A program made the position numbers and the translations under genes. Shown piece after piece: positions 13,201 to 27,060 of a stretch of DNA of 64,000 bases (positions are counted from its first letter, which is position 1; each line of letters opens with the position of its first letter). The stretch is from the human T2T-CHM13v2.0 reference genome, Homo sapiens, in assembly GCF_009914755.1 (NCBI RefSeq), contig NC_060931.1; one strand, given 5' to 3'. The notes under the pieces are model-generated. The model worked only from the letters and a program-made list of their open reading frames with translations, had not been told where the DNA came from and ran no database searches.

Positions 13201-14529
13201 AAGTCAAACTTTCCATTTTGTTGTAACTTATAATTTAAATTTGTGCTTTCTGCTGGTCCCGAAAAATTCATATTCGTAGAGTGTTTCAGAATTTCCTTTC
13301 ATGGAATCAGTTCTCTGCAGCCATCTTATGTGGACAATTGATCCTGATTTTGTCTGGTTGCTACATATAGATACAACCTATAACGGATCTAAGAGAACTA
13401 TTAGTCAAGGAAGTACTGATACTAAATTTTAGTCTAGTGTTATGAATGATTTGCCATAATCATGAGGGTTTCCAAGCCTTCAATAAGGAGAAGCTTTCAT
13501 ACAGTGTGAATATTCTATAACATGATTGCTTTTAAACATAAGCAGCGGAGTATTTTGACAAATATTACTTTATAAATTTTAATCAAGCTGCTCAGTATTT
13601 CTGTTTACAGCATGGTCAATAGAGGCCTCAAAGTTTCAGATATTGTTTTTGTGCAGTCTGAATAAAAGTTGCAGTTTATAAAATAATTCATAAAACCATC
13701 TACATCTGTCGTAACTTGGTTGGATATCAATGATTTAAATAAAGTAGCTACTTAGCAATAAAAATGAGGGCATTGATTTTTCCAGTATTGATGGTTTCTA
13801 TTTCCCCTGAGAGAAATAACAGACCTGAGGTCAACTAGATTTTACTCTCCTTTGTCCCCCAGATTAGGAATATAGAAGATATAAGGAAAGAATGTCTGCG
13901 GTTTTCTTTTTCAGATTTTAAATTCAAATACAAAAATGACTTTTATATAATAGGACATCAGGTTATAGCTTTCAAATCATTAATGCATAGAACAAATCTC
14001 TGAAAAACCTCTGTCATCACATTAGGGCACCATTGAGAAAGACTAGGGTAAATAAAACATTTGCTTTATTAAGGTCTATGTGTTAAATCCAAGACTTAAC
14101 ATGCAAGAGCCACTGCTTATATCTATGGGGATATTTCAGAGAAACATGGACTCTTAAGTTAAAAACGGTTGGAATCAATTTCATCAAGATTCTCTTGTGT
14201 GCCTCTTATAGAATGAGGAAATTTACTGTATTTGAAAGTCATGGAGTTGTCAGATCCAGTGAATATATTACAATATATATTCATAGCTGCAGCAATACAC
14301 TCATTAAATTATGATATATTATCAGTTTTGTTATCCAATTTTTTTCCACTCAGAAAAACAACACAGAGGGTTTGAAAATATGCACCTAATTATTCAAGGT
14401 AAATAGGTTCTGTTTGTTAAAGCAGTAGGGAGAAATATAAGTAAAATTTTTGAAGTCATGATTTTTCTTCTTCCCACTCAAAGGACATGATTTTTTTCTG
14501 GGTGAATTTTTGACGTGTTTCAGATTAAA

Positions 14530-15125
14530 ATGGAGACAACTGAAGTGTCAATCATTAGATAATGGATTTTTATATTGTGGTATATACAATAGAATACTAT
14601 TCAGCCTTTAAAAAGCAGAAAATTCTGTCATTTGCAACAACATGGATGGACCTAGAGGACATTATATTGAGTGATTTAAGCCAGGCACAGAGAGACAAAT
14701 ACGACATGATTTCACTTACATCTGGAATCAAAAAAAGTCAAATTCATAGAAGGAGAGAGTAGAGTGGTGGTTACCAGAAGCTGTAAAGGACGGAGGGTAG
14801 ACACATCAAGGGGAAATGTTGGTCAAAGGGTACAAAGTTTCAGTTAGAAGGAGGAATCGGTTCTGGTGATCTATTACTCAGCATGGTGACTATAGTCATC
14901 ATGGATTGCATACTCCAAAATCGCTAAAAAAAAAAAAAAAAAAAAAAAAAGAATTTCAAATGTTCTCATCATGAAGAAACAACAAATATTGAAGTGCTAG
15001 AGATGTTAATTAGTTTGACTAGGTCATTCCATAGTGCCATGTTTTGAAACATCACATTATATCCCATAAATATACGCAATTATTATGGGTCCATTAAAAA
15101 TAAAGCAACATAAAAAAGAAAAAAG
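14530..15125 (+). mobile_element. L1MA (8/9-like) 3' end with an internal A25 run (14926-14950)
   Basis: attctgtcatttgcaacaacatggatggacctagaggac, aaagggtacaaagtttcagttag, ccattaaaaataaa. Confidence 0.88.
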
Positions 15126-18100
15126 TCACTAGGAGATGTGTACAAGAGTTAGTAAATCATTGTAATTAAAGACATGAGTGTAAGAAAAATGAATTAAACT
15201 GTGAACATCACAGTTTCAGAACCCTAGGTTTTACCTAATAATATTATGGATTGTGAGAGAGTCAAAGAAGTGAATCCTATGCCCATGCATACTGACCTTA
15301 ATTATATTTCCTTCAGCTACAATGGAACAAAAAACTTACAGAACAAACAGTAAACAGGTTAATATTGTAGTTAAGGTGTCAGAGCAAGTCACTTCATTTT
15401 CTGTGATATTAGTCTTTAAGTTAATAATTTTATATGATTTATATGATAATATTAAAATCATTAGTTGCTTATGTCAGTCCTTCTAGTCTCTTTGGGGAGA
15501 AAAAAGTGCTTAGAAATAGGCATTTACATTGCATATTTCAAAAAAGCTGGGCTCAAAAAATTCCTAAACTGAAAGCGAATTGTACTTCATTATAGAAGAC
15601 AATGACACTTCCATTCTTAGTGCCTTACATTGGACCAACATAGCATGCAAAAACCGTACACTATCTGTTGATAACTCTGAACACAAATTGAATCACTCAC
15701 CAAAAAATTCTGGCATTATAAAACCTTAAAGGGGTATAAAACTTCACTATGTTTTCTTCTACTGGTCAAATAAACATTTAGTGAGATCAGTAAACAGTCA
15801 GTGTTCCTAAAAAGTACACCCAAATGCATGGCCTAGAATCTTCCACAATAGAAATATTACCAGAAACAGGAATCAAAAGACAAAAATGCTATAACCCGGA
15901 TATGTAAAAAACAGCTGGACCCTTTTAACTTTAAGTGCCAAGAATCTACTGCTGTTATGAAGGTTATTACTTACACAGTAAAAATTTCCTCTTGTAATAG
16001 TGTGCAAAGGGGAAAAAATGAAATCATTTTGGTCTTCTAAAATGACAAAAATCTTAGCATCAATCTAAGCATTGACATGCCTTTCAAGAAATATTATTTA
16101 TATTTCAGTGGATAGAAATTTGAACTGATAGAAGAATGGTTTTGCTCAAGATGATCTGTGGTGCCAATAATGATTTTTTATGAGTATCTCTTTATCACCC
16201 AATGCTATCTTGATTGCAGATTCAAAATCTGAGATTAAAAATTTCATCAATACATCAAACTATGCTAAAATAAAAGCTGATTTTAGCTAGTAAAATGAAA
16301 TAGATTTGTGTAGAATTTGTTATACATCTTCTGTCATCATAGCAGTGTTTAGCTTAATTGCCTAGAAAATTATTTGTATTTAATACTTAAATTTCTATAG
16401 GATTTTATGTGCTACATCATGAAGTACAGCACTCCTTCATGTAGTTATGAGAAAACTTGAATTTCACAGTCCTCTTAATAAAATTGCTCAAGAAACCTGG
16501 TGTGCTGTTTGCAGTAGGCTCAAGTCTATGTGTATACTAGGGTCCACGATTATAAGAAATCACATCATTAGGAGGAGGGAAATGTCGTATTTGTACTATG
16601 TTGTGTCAGATGCCTAAATAACTTGCTGGTCTTGATTCGATCCTCTTAAAAATTGGGACAATATTACAATTGGGCTTATGTCCACTTAAAGAAAACATTT
16701 AACTCTAGGATCAATGACCTTTTCAATAGATAGAAAAATAGCTTTATTTTAAAAACAAAACAGCCTAATATGGTAGCAGATGTTACAACAGAAGTGGTGT
16801 TCTGGAACTTAGTTGTGGATTATCTCAGTAGGTGAATTAAATGAAATCAATCCAAGCACAGATCAGGGGAGGTAGGTTTAGTTAATGATGACATTCAGAA
16901 CACAGGCTGAGGAAGACAACTGCTGTAAGTGGTGAGTGAAATCACGAATGTAAAATCACAGACACCTGGAAGAAGTAGGTCAGGCAGGATTCGCTGACTT
17001 AGAGGCCTGGTTAATTCAGCACTTTGGACAGTTCCCAAAGACCTGTCTTCCTTGCAGGTACTTGGAGTACCTAACTTTTAGAGTGCCATACTTACTAATT
17101 TCATTCCACCTCTTGGCATCTCACCTTTACCTGCAGGTGACCTTAAATCCAAGGGAATTATCTGCATTCATCCAAAGAGCTCTGTGGTCTGTGTTCACAG
17201 GAAGTCAACACCTTCAGTCCTAACATGAAGGTTCATAGTTTCTATGTTACTTGAGAGTTTGTCAGACTCATCAGTAGTGCTTATTAATCAATAATGGATT
17301 ATTAATAATCAATTTATTAACAATAAAATTCGTCAACTAAATTTTAAACCTGATTCAATATGAAAAGGTGAGGATGAAATCATCCGAGTCATGGAAAAGA
17401 GTCCCTTTACCAACACCTGATGGTTACTATCATGGCCAAGTCCCCCAGGCAATTCACATGCAAGGCTATTCAGCAGATGTTCTATATCAAATTCAAATGA
17501 GCCATTCAGAATTGGGGGGTGGAAGCAGAAGAAAGGCTTTAAGAATCAACTAAAACCCTACCTACAGCCATGTGGCATAGCTATAGATGGTAACTAAAGC
17601 ACATTAAGCCCTTCCTTGCAGGCTCCAGGAAGTAACAGAATTGCTCTTTTGGAACAAGGACTTTAAGTTAATTTCTTAAAAGGCTTAAGAGGCAGGACTA
17701 CAAATCAGGACAATCTATCTGATTTCTAACCAAAGGACAAATTATGCTTTAGCCACATCTATCCACAAAGTTTAAAATGAGAATTAGCAATAATAAAAAG
17801 GCACACATATAAAAATAAAAGTAGACTTTCCTCATGACTATTTTTCGGATGAGTGTTTCCTGTTCTAAAACCCAATGGTGAGGCTGAAGCATAGAAACAC
17901 CATAAAATTGGCTTTCTCTATGATGAGCAGCTTAAACTAGACATTTTATAAAGGACTCTCTTGATCTTTGTGAATAGAAAACACAAATTAAGTAGTTTCT
18001 AATATCCCTGACAATAAATGCACCAATTTTGGAAGCATTTCAGATGAGCAAGAAGAAACAGGGTTTATGGCTCTACCTCCAGTTACATTAGCAGTCTTGC

Positions 18101-19892
18101 TGCTCTGGTTTGTGGGTTAGATTCTGGGACCCCCTTTCAGTCTTATGGATCCCACATAGTTAACAGAAGGTCTGTAATCTTAAGGCTGAGAGTAACTCAA
18201 TTCCTTCTTATTTTCTTTGGTGTATTCACAGAATATCATAGATGAATTTTCTGGTCTGACCTAGAACTCTAAACAATACTGCGAAGGCATGAGACTGCAG
18301 TAGGCAAGGAGGAGGAAAGGGAACAATGACCTAAACACTGCAGAAGGGAGAATGTGTAATTTAAATAAATGAGACTTTTTATTAAAGGAACCATTAATTG
18401 CTAGGTTTTTCAACATAAAAGTTCTCAGGTCTTTGTCTAGTTGAGTAGCACAGAATTCTGTATATCCTGAAAGTACCAACAGTGCAAAAAGACATTCCTT
18501 AGTTTTCCCTGACAAAATGAAAACAAAAAACAAAACTCCCAAAAAACACATTAAGTGGTAGCCCTAGGTCTAGAGCTTATGACAAGTAGTGAAGAAATGC
18601 AGCAATTTTTATTGGGTGAATTTTGCTAGTTCCTCAGCTGTAGTTACAGGAAAATCTGAAGATCCTGAGGTTTGAGAACATTCCCTAAGTGTTTACCCAG
18701 GTCATTATGTGACTTGAGAAAAGAGATTCTTATTAATCCATGTATACAATGTGTATTTGTAAGCAATGGTATTGATACAATTGTCAAAGTCTTATATGGA
18801 AGTCAGCCTCACTCTCCAATAATCAGCTCTATGCACACTAGGCCAATTAAGATGGCACCAAACCCAGCAAACTAAAGTGCCAGTACTGAAAAGGTGTCTG
18901 AAGAAGATTCAGAGTAACCCATTCTGGCTCACAAAACTTGGTTATGTTCATACAGTTTCAGGATATTACTTTCAAAAGTGAATTGGAACCTAAAGTTTAA
19001 GCTGTATTTTAAAATACTGATATTAAATGTCATGACATCTAGTGTATCATGAGAACAATGGAAATTTACCATTAACATTTGACATAATTTTTCAGCTTAT
19101 ATAAAATCAGTTTAGAGAGTCTTTATTTTTACAAACAAAAAGTCATATTGTTAATCATGTTACTCTTTTAATGATCTGATATGTTAAGCCATTGGTTCAT
19201 TCTTACATAAGTGATATTTAAATAAGGTTGTAAAGCATAATACATTAAAATGTGTGCAAACTAATGAATGTTACTAAATAAAGTCACAAAGCCCATGGGA
19301 AATTATTCTGTAAAATGTATTATTTAACATCTTTGATAAAGTTATTTTCTATGATTTACAGTTTTTTTCATATATAGTTTAAGGCAGCTTTATATTATGA
19401 ACACAACTTCTTTATTTAAAATGTTTTCAATAAATCTCTACTATCTTTTATTTTTGACAATATGAAGAAGGTACAGCACTAATGCATAAAACTGTTTCCT
19501 TTTCCTGGGTATTTTTGCCTATTTCCTGTAAATGTGGCAAGAAGCAATTAAACATCTCAGCCGCAATTTAGGCAAATGTCTCCACCTAGATTGCCTTATA
19601 AATGCTAATGGAAGAGATTTTAATACTTTTAACAACTTCAAAATATTGAGTTCTTGAATAACTACAGTTCACTAAACTAAGAACAGTCATGCATTGTGTA
19701 ACGACATTTTGGTCACTGACAGACCACATATATCATGGTGGTCCCATAAAGTTGTAACGGAGCTGAAAAATTCTTATTGCCCATTGACACTGCAGCCCTT
19801 GTAATATCATAGTGCAATGCATCACTCATTTGTGTTTGTGGATGTTAGTATAACAAAACCTACCGTTCTATCAATTGTATAAAAGTACAGCA

Positions 19893-20698
19893 ACCTCACT
19901 AGCATCTGTTGTTTTTTGACATTCCAATAATAGCCATTCTGACATGTGAGATGGTATCTCATTGTGGTTTTGATTTGTGTTTCTTTAATGATCAGTGATG
20001 TTGAGTTTTTTTCATGTTTGTTGGCCACTTGTATGTCTTTTGAAGTGTCTGTTCATGTCATTTGCCCACTTTTTAATGCAGTTATTTTTTTCTTGTAAAA
20101 ATTTTTTAAGTTCCTTGTAGACTCAATATTAGATCTTTGTCTGACAGATTGAGACATTTTCTCCCATTCTGTAGGTTGTCTGTTCACTCTGATGATAGCT
20201 TCTTTGGCTGTGCAGAAGCTATTTAGTTTAATTAGATCCCATTTGTCAATTCGCTTTTGTTGCAATTGCTTTTGGTGTTTTCATCACGAAACATTTACCC
20301 ATGCCTATATCCTGAATGGTTAATGAAAGACTGGATAAAGAAAATGTGGTACATATATACCATGGAATACTATGCAGCCATAAAGAGAAATGAGATCATG
20401 TCCTTTGCAGGGACATGGATGGAGTCGGAAGCCATTGTCCTCAGAAAACTAATGCAGGAACAGAAAACCCAACACTGCATGTTCTCACTTAGAAGTGGGA
20501 GTTGGTTGATGAGAACACATGGACATAGGGGAGAAAAACCCACACTGGGGGCCTTTTGGGCGGGTGCTGAGAAGAGGGAGAGCATCAGAAAGAACAGCTA
20601 ATGGATGCTAGGCTTAATATGTAGGTGATGGGATGATCTGTGCAGCAAACCACTATGGCACGTATTTACCTACGTAACTTAAAAGTCGAAGAAGAAAA
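19893..20698 (+). mobile_element. L1PA (about PA11-13) with 5' inversion: 19893-20320 antisense, 20321-20698 sense
   Basis: TSD aaaagtacagca (19881-19892) / aaaagtatagca (20699-20710). ORFs 20053-20265(-) and 20257-20601(+) are both L1 ORF2 C-terminal fragments. Confidence 0.92.
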
Positions 20699-21075
20699 AA
20701 AAGTATAGCACATACGGTTATGTATAGCGTGTAATACTTGATATTGATAATAAATGACTATATTACTGGCTTAGATAATTACTGTATTTTACTTTTTATT
20801 GTTATTTTAGGAGTGTATTCCTTCTACTTATTAAAAAACGTTAACTGTTAAACAGCCTCGGGCAGGTCCTTAGGAGGTATTCCAGAAGAAGGCTTTGTTA
20901 TCATAGGAGATGACAGTTCCATGCCTATTATTGCCCCTGAAGACCTTCCAGTGGGACAAGATGTGAAGGTGGAAGACAGTGATACTGATGATCCTGACCC
21001 TGTGTAGGCCTAGGCTAATGTGTGTGGTTGTGTCTTAGTTTTTAACAAAAAAGTTTAAAAAGTTAAAACAATTTT

Positions 21076-21250
21076 GTTTGAACATTTTAATTAAATGGAT
21101 TCATTTAAAAATACTATAAAATTTGACATCGAGAGATAAAAAAAGAACCATAAGATTTAAACTGACAAATATAAAAATGATTGGCTACAATGTAAAAATA
21201 CATTTCCCAGCCCCCAGAGAAAACATAATTTAAGTATAGTAATTATAAAA
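21076..21250 (-). pseudogene. Orphan 175-bp insert, probable retrocopied mRNA 3'-UTR end (parent unknown)
   Basis: Interrupts Tigger3b. Flanked by the perfect 13-bp repeat ttaaaacaatttt (21063-21075, 21251-21263). ATTAAA lies near the minus-strand end. Confidence 0.55.
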
Positions 21251-22299
21251 TTAAAACAATTTTAAATAGAAAAAAGCTTATAGAATAAGGATACAAAGAA
21301 AGAAAAAATCTTTTTGTACAGCTGTACAATGTGTTTGTGTTTTAAACCCAGTGTGATTACAAAAGAGTCAAAAAGTTAAAAAAAAATGGAAAAGTTTATA
21401 AAGTAAAAAGTTACATTAAGCTAAGGTTAATTTATTATTGAAGAAAAAATAGTTTTAAGTACATTTAATATAGCCTAAGTGTACAATGCTTATAAAGTCT
21501 ACAGTAGTATATAGTAATTTCCTAGGCCTTCACATTCACTCATCACTCAGTCACTCTGGGCTCACCCGCTAATGGACTCACCCAGAGCAACTTACAGTCC
21601 TGCAAGCTCCATTCATGGTAAGCACCTTATATAGCTATACTGTTTTAATCTTTTATACCATATTTTTAACTTAACCTTTTCTATGATTAGGTGTGTTTAG
21701 ATAAACAAATCCTTACCACTGGGTTACAATTACCTACGTATTCAGTATGGTAACATGCCATACAGGTTTGTAGCCTGGAAATAACAGATTACAGTACATA
21801 GCCTAGAATGTGTCAGGCTGTAGCATCTAGGTTTGTGTAGGTACATTCTATGATATTCACTCAATGATGAAATAGCCTAACCATGTGTTTCTCAGAAGTA
21901 TCCCTTTCATTAAGAGACACATGACTATAAATCAAGGAGAAAGTAGAGGGCCCAACTGTTAACGTGGCAAACCCAGCTTATTTGATGATGTTTGGTGAAC
22001 TTTGCATGTATGATAGGCTAAGCAGCAAAGTATATATCATGAATTTTGTTTTTAATATCACTATTAGTTGCAGGTTAATAAAACTAATCTTTGAACTTAA
22101 TAATAGCATCTGTACATATACTTTGTAACTGTGAAGTAGGAATGAAAAATTATTTTCTACTTTTTTAGTTATAATTTCATTATATATATACACAGATACA
22201 TATTTTCATTAGATATAAACTAGATGCATATAAATGTTACCCAAATTGATAAATGCAATCATATCAACATACTGTTAGTTATTTGTATTTTTAATGCCA

Positions 22300-22660
22300 T
22301 CATTCCACTTTTACAGATGAGACAACTAAGGTTTAGTGACATAAACTGTTACTTAATTTTTATAGCAGATAAATAATGAAGCCTAGTTTGAAACAGAGAT
22401 TTTGGCTTATGTTTCAGTGCTTCTTCCACTGAGGCATATTTCCTGCATTCAAGGTTTTGGTTTCATTTGCTGTTCACATTTGATTTGGGTACACAAGGAG
22501 ATTTCTATTGTGGTAGAGCTTTGGAGTTTATTCACAGATCATATTTTTTTCTACCCCATAATTTCGTGTAGGAGGAAACTGAAGGCCAGTGAGGTAGAGT
22601 AATTTGAGAAAGCCACACAGGGATAATGACAGGACTAGAATTCTAGCCCTTCCTTCTTTT
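22300..22660 (-). mobile_element. Two MIR fragments
   Basis: ttttacagatgagacaactaagg and gtaggaggaaactgaagg...aggactagaattc. Confidence 0.6.
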
Positions 22661-22735
22661 AGATGACATCTTGAGATAAAGACGTTTTATCTGAGAGATC
22701 ACAGCTTAACCTCAGGAGACAAGCACAAGAATACT

Positions 22736-22739
<4 letters not shown>

Positions 22740-22770
<31 letters not shown>
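22740..22770. repeat. (TG)15 microsatellite, read as (CA)n in the MAGI2 pre-mRNA
   Basis: Read directly from the sequence. Confidence 0.97.
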
Positions 22771-22773
<3 letters not shown>

Positions 22774-22864
22774 AAATAGGTATATATATAATAGGTGTAT
22801 ATATATAAAATATAAAATATTTAAAAATATATATTTTTCTCCAGGCATATTAAAAGTACACTTA

Positions 22865-23182
<318 letters not shown>

Positions 23183-25879
23183 CTAAGTGATTTGTTGTTG
23201 AACTTTAGAAATACCACCATACTTCTGAATATTCATTGCCACTTGTTTGTACATCCTGCAAGTTGGCAGTTTGCATTTGTCCTTCTGTTTGTTTGGCAAC
23301 AGAAAACAGCAGGGGGTAAAGATTAAAGTAAATGTACAAAGCACTTTTCTTCATCAAGCTTATAAAGAGTTCATTGCCATGGGATATGGCTGCGTATATT
23401 TTTCAGTGAAAAATTCAGAACATTGTGCCCTTTTTGAAGAGGTGGTTTGGATATTGAGCCAGCAGTCTGCTAGTTCAGGAATTTATATATTTCACTCCAT
23501 GAATGAACCTCTATTGTCCTGCAGACTGCTGTGCTATGACATAAAACACAATGGAAAGTAGCGATCTTAGGAAAATGTCAATTTATCTTTTTAATTTCAT
23601 AATCTGCTTTCTTTTGGGAGGACTGTTTGTTGGTTTTCATTTGTTAAATTTGCACCCAGAGCCATTTTTATTTGATTTAAAGGATCGCAAAACCTTTACT
23701 ATTACTTAAAATTAAATAATTAGAATTGTGTAATAATTAAATTGCAGTAGTGTGATGCTGGGAATATAGTATCTAATCTGACAGGAGAAAACTTTCTCTG
23801 ACTCCATCACACAGGCTCTCCCTTATGCGGCCTTCCTTCTTTCATTACTGCCTCTAATTCTGACTGAAGTGACTCCCAACCAAGGGTTACTGCATGGGAC
23901 CACTGTTCCTGACTCCTCCATCACCCACAGAGGGAATGGAGCTATGACGGCCAAGGTGGCAGGAGTATCAGCTACTCAGACTGTAGCTCAGTCCAGCTCT
24001 CCTGAAGAACACAGCCTCCCAGGCATGCTGTCCAGTTTGTGAGGCAAGAGCAGAAACAGAGACATCTTCAAGGCTGCAGGTTTGTTTCCAGGTAATACTT
24101 CCTCCCTTGAATATGCCCTAAGCTTCTTCCTTTTTCTATGCCACCTACATAGGCATTTTGCATGGTCAGATTGGAATTTACATAATGCATACATGCAAAG
24201 AAGTATGCAGAAATATATAGAAGCCAGATATATAAGGTAGTACATTGGCAGGCTTCATATATATAGACTCCCCCATATTGTCTATATGCTAAAAAAGTAT
24301 TTTAAATCCTTAAATTTTATTTTTGTTCTCTGCATTTGAAATCTTTATCAACTAGGTCATGAAAATAGCCAGTCGGTTCTCCTTTTGGTCTATTAGAATA
24401 AAATCTGGACTGCAACTGAGAAGCAGAAGGTAATGTCAGAATGTATAATATGCCAGGGAAATTTGATTTTGGATAAAAACGAATAATTCCTATTGAAAAC
24501 ATTTTTTAAGATTTGAAGTTATTATTTTCTAAAATCAAGTTTTATAACTCATCTTTGGGGGCTGCAAAAACAATTTTTTTCCATAATCATGTTTAATGGC
24601 TTTCCCTGAATTGGTTATTTTGTTTAGCTGAGTCACATTTTGCAATATTTCCTGCTGCTTTTATGCTATAAAATATAAACCACCTACATCTAGTATGCAT
24701 AATATTGTCAAGTTAATGTTTCTATGAGAACCTTAACTTTCAATATTCTGACTTTTATGTGCTTAACCCTTGTGAATTAAAAGTGCATTAACATGGTTTT
24801 TGGCAATCAATTTGTTTTTCTGTTTATTTAGAACACACTCCAATCATTAAGAAAAAAATCACATAACAAAGACTCAATTTTCCTTACTAATTTATCTGCA
24901 TATTTCAGAAGCTGCACACTTTAACTGCTTGCAGTATGGCAATGCATTCCTAGCACCACGTGAGCACCAGGATCACAAGATTGAGGGCAATTTCCAGGGC
25001 TGCTGACTTGTTTGGAGTAACATGGCTGTACCAAATTTTAGTGAACATTTGTAGTTGTGCTCTTCTTGGGAGGCCCATCAGTACTTTCGGTTCACTAAGT
25101 GGCTTTCCATCTCCATCTTGCACTTCAGACCTCTGTGATTGAGTTCTTCCTTCTGTGACAGGCAACATCAGTGAGTATCACCTATTGCTATTGACCCAAC
25201 TGATGCTGGCTGCCTACTTGGACTGGCAGTTCACCTACCTCATTGTGGCTTGAAGTTCTGCTCTACAATCTCAAATGCTGCAACCTCCATCTTTGACATC
25301 AGTTTCTGATCCTTTTTTCCTATTCTGTTCTTCTTTCTAATTATGATCTCTAGTCCCTGATCTCTTGTAATTTCCCTGATGTTCCCCAAATCTGGCTTTA
25401 TTTGCCTCCCTAACTACTAAAGGACTATGAAAAAACCAGAATCTCTTCCTTCCTTTAGTTCACCTTCATGATTACCCCACTCATAATTAACCCCCATGTT
25501 CACTGTTGGTTATTTCATTACTGACAGCAGTTGCTATAAAAAAACAAAAACTTTCTCTGACAAAGTACTCAACAAATTCAGATTACTTAATGTCAGTTTG
25601 ATCCTCCTGATGTTTGGTAATTCTTTTATGTGTGTCTTCTTGTCTCTCTCTTATATTCCCAACATTTTCTATATTCAACTGCTTTGACGTTTTGCAGAAG
25701 ACATGAGCTCATTCTTTCTTGGTAAAGAGACAATCTGAAACCAAATTTCCTAAAGTTTCCTAATTTTTCTTATCTGCATTACTCTCGTATTTTTCCTTCA
25801 AAATTAAGCCTTTATTGGAATTATCATCCATCTTGCTAAGACAAATTTCTTTTCCTTTGCTTTTAGAATTTTATATTTT

Positions 25880-27060
25880 AAATCAAATAATTTAAATTAA
25901 ATAAATATTTTATTTGTCAAAGTTGCATATACAGATATTTTAAGTCTTCAAGCAATTCTATAAGACTTCTGATTTTTAAAAAGCAGACCCTCATCACCAC
26001 CCAGCCCCTGGAAGCCCTTTCTTTTTATCCAGAGAAAAATACACTGATTTTAGCTGATTACTTTGTTTAACCCCCAAATCTCTAAATACTTTAAGATGCC
26101 TCTTGATTCTTTACTTTAGTAATTTTTTCTTGATTTTTTTTAAAAAATGAGAGTTTAACTCTTTTTTTTGTCTATAATTCTAACCCTACTGCACATACCA
26201 CTTCCTGCTTTTCTTCCATTCTTCTAACGGAACAATCTTGTGTTTAGATTAGTGTGAAGTGTTTACATTATTAATTCTATGTAAATCTATTCCCAGCTGA
26301 AATGTGGTGTACTGACTTTTTGTGTTTAACTTTTTTTTTTTTTTTTTTTTGAGACAGAGTCTTGCTCTGTTGCCCAGGCTGAGAATGCAGTGGTGTGATC
26401 ACGGCTCACTGCAACTTCTGCCTCCAGGGTTCAAGTGATTCTCCTGCCTCAGCCCCTTGAGTAGCTGTGACTATAGGTGTGCGCCACCACACCTGGCTAA
26501 TTTTTGTAGTTTTAGTAGAGACTGGGTTTCACTGTGTTGGCCAGGCTGGTCTCAATCTCCTGACCTTGTGATTCCCCCACCTCGGCCTCCCAAAGTGCTG
26601 TGATTACAGGCATGAGCCACTGCGCCCGGCTGTGTGTAACTTTTTGATTACTCTATATGTAATATGTTTTCATTTCCATTTTCCATTCATTAATCATTAA
26701 ATAAACTCTCTCCTTGAGAGATAAATCTCCTCTCAAAATTCACAAATACATTTTATATTTTATCAAGTTTATCCTATTGAAGAAATCTTTCCTGGAGGCT
26801 TCTGACATGCTCCAGTCTGGACTCTCAGCTGCCATCCAGGGATCATCCTTTGCCATCATCCTGGGGAGTCACTTTGCCTCTGTCTTGTGCAGTTTCTCCT
26901 CTTCCCTAGACCCCATGTCTATTTTTGTGGTCTCCATCCTCATGGTGGCTGAGCACATCTGTTGGAAGCTTCCTGTCGAAGGTTGCATGGAAGCCACATT
27001 GTTTGAGATTTTCCAAGCCTGAAAATGTCTTTATTACACCCTCACTAGTGGCAAATCTGA
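25880..27060 (-). mobile_element. HAL1/old L1-related fragment, interrupted by an Alu
   Basis: ctgaaaatgtctttattacaccctcac and ccatcatcctggggagtc...gaccccatgtct resemble antisense HAL1. Confidence 0.5.
26331..26630 (-). mobile_element. AluS (Sc/Sg-like)
   Basis: T20 tail. TSD tgtgtttaacttttt / tgtgtgtaacttttt (26631-26645). Confidence 0.93.

Larger units (their letters stand above)
19684..21927. mobile_element. Tigger3b DNA transposon, full length, carrying two nested insertions
   Basis: Termini cagtcatgcattgtgtaacg... and ...ttaagagacacatgacta followed by TA. Diagnostic body ggtattccagaagaagg...gaagaccttccagtgggacaagatgtg. About 1.24 kb remains after removing the inserts. Confidence 0.92.
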
